Of a stretch of DNA of 64,000 nucleotides, positions 63,601 to 64,000 are shown piece after piece. Under the pieces are notes generated by a model that had not been told where the DNA came from, did no database searches, and saw only the letters and a program-made list of their open reading frames with translations. Every line of letters begins with the position of its first letter. The first letter of the stretch is position 1. The stretch comes from Hydrolagus colliei. Lineage: Eukaryota. The stretch spans positions 11,842,001 to 11,906,000 of the forward strand of contig CM068762.1 of assembly GCA_035084275.1 (NCBI GenBank), read 5' to 3'. Made by a program: the position numbers and the translations under genes.

Positions 63601-64000
63601 CAACAATTTTTTTTAATGACATCTTTCGAATGATACAAACTACCCAAAGAATGTGAAAAGCAAAGCATTCCTGACTGTTGACCACACAACGCATCTCAGT
63701 CGCCACCTCAGTGGGGAGATTCGTCTCCTGGCCCTGGGCTATTCTCTGGGTCTCTGTCCTCAGTTCCTCCCTATTCTCATTTTGTGCTTCCTCTCAGATA
63801 CGGAGTCGACCTCCGTGCTTTCTTTTTTAAAAAAAAATTCTAAAATTGAAATACTGTAATTAGGACTGGAATCTCTGGAAATGTCAGTTGATTCTTTTTT
63901 TTTTGTGCATCAAGATAGTCCTCAAACATCCAATAACTGATCATTCTTGTGTATTAATTGAAGGTACAATATGAACTGGTGTACAACGCAATCACTTACT
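55826..64000 (+). CDS. PTPN22: Tyrosine-protein phosphatase non-receptor type 22-like (PEST family), exons 1-11, runs off the window
   Basis: Exons 55826-55912, 56344-56452, 56806-56882, 57245-57340, 58919-58957, 59055-59126, 60133-60192, 60762-60904, 62483-62549, 62693-62770, 63964-end. All AG/GT and in phase. MDQKEIL start, [23 protein letters not shown]. The N-terminus and linkage to GNAI3 favour PTPN22 over PTPN12/18. Confidence 0.86.
56344..56452 (+). CDS. PTPN22: PTPN22 exon 2
   Basis: [36 protein letters not shown]. Confidence 0.9.
56806..56882 (+). CDS. PTPN22: PTPN22 exon 3
   Basis: [26 protein letters not shown]. Confidence 0.9.
57245..57340 (+). CDS. PTPN22: PTPN22 exon 4
   Basis: [32 protein letters not shown]. 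Confidence 0.92.
58919..58957 (+). CDS. PTPN22: PTPN22 exon 5
   Basis: [13 protein letters not shown]. Confidence 0.9.
59055..59126 (+). CDS. PTPN22: PTPN22 exon 6
   Basis: [24 protein letters not shown]. Confidence 0.9.
60133..60192 (+). CDS. PTPN22: PTPN22 exon 7
   Basis: [20 protein letters not shown]. Confidence 0.88.
60762..60904 (+). CDS. PTPN22: PTPN22 exon 8
   Basis: [48 protein letters not shown]. Confidence 0.92.
62483..62549 (+). CDS. PTPN22: PTPN22 exon 9
   Basis: [22 protein letters not shown]. Confidence 0.92.
62693..62770 (+). CDS. PTPN22: PTPN22 exon 10
   Basis: [26 protein letters not shown]. Confidence 0.92.
63964..64000 (+). CDS. PTPN22: PTPN22 exon 11 (partial)
   Basis: ag|[12 protein letters not shown]..., truncated by the window end. 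Confidence 0.85.

Overview
Eukaryotic genomic DNA with introns, most likely from a cartilaginous fish (inferred from Deu-domain tRNA-SINEs, shark-type CR1/L2 tails and V+C2 CD300/pIgR-like receptors). All exon calls were read by eye and checked for AG/GT ends and phase. Left part (0.4-19.4 kb): a cluster of CD300/pIgR/MDIR-like immune receptor genes. Gene A (+, 5' end outside the window) has an ITIM/ITSM tail. Gene B (+) is an apparently Ig-less mucin-TM-ITIM receptor. Gene C (-) is an L-V-C2-stalk-TM receptor whose inhibitory motifs are destroyed; it shares a near-identical inverted 1.6-kb tract with gene A. Gene D (-) is a pseudogene with an Arg-containing, activating-type TM exon. Middle: a complete 8-coding-exon GNAI3 (354 aa, 23658-39593). 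Tail-to-tail with it lies a disabled cone-transducin gene, a GNAT2 pseudogene, in which exons 2, 3, 4 and 8 are recognisable and each is frameshifted or deleted. Right: three minisatellites, an orphan CpG-type promoter, and exons 1-11 of a PTPN22-like phosphatase whose WPD loop reads WAD. I found no prokaryotic-type system, CRISPR array or bona fide RNA gene.
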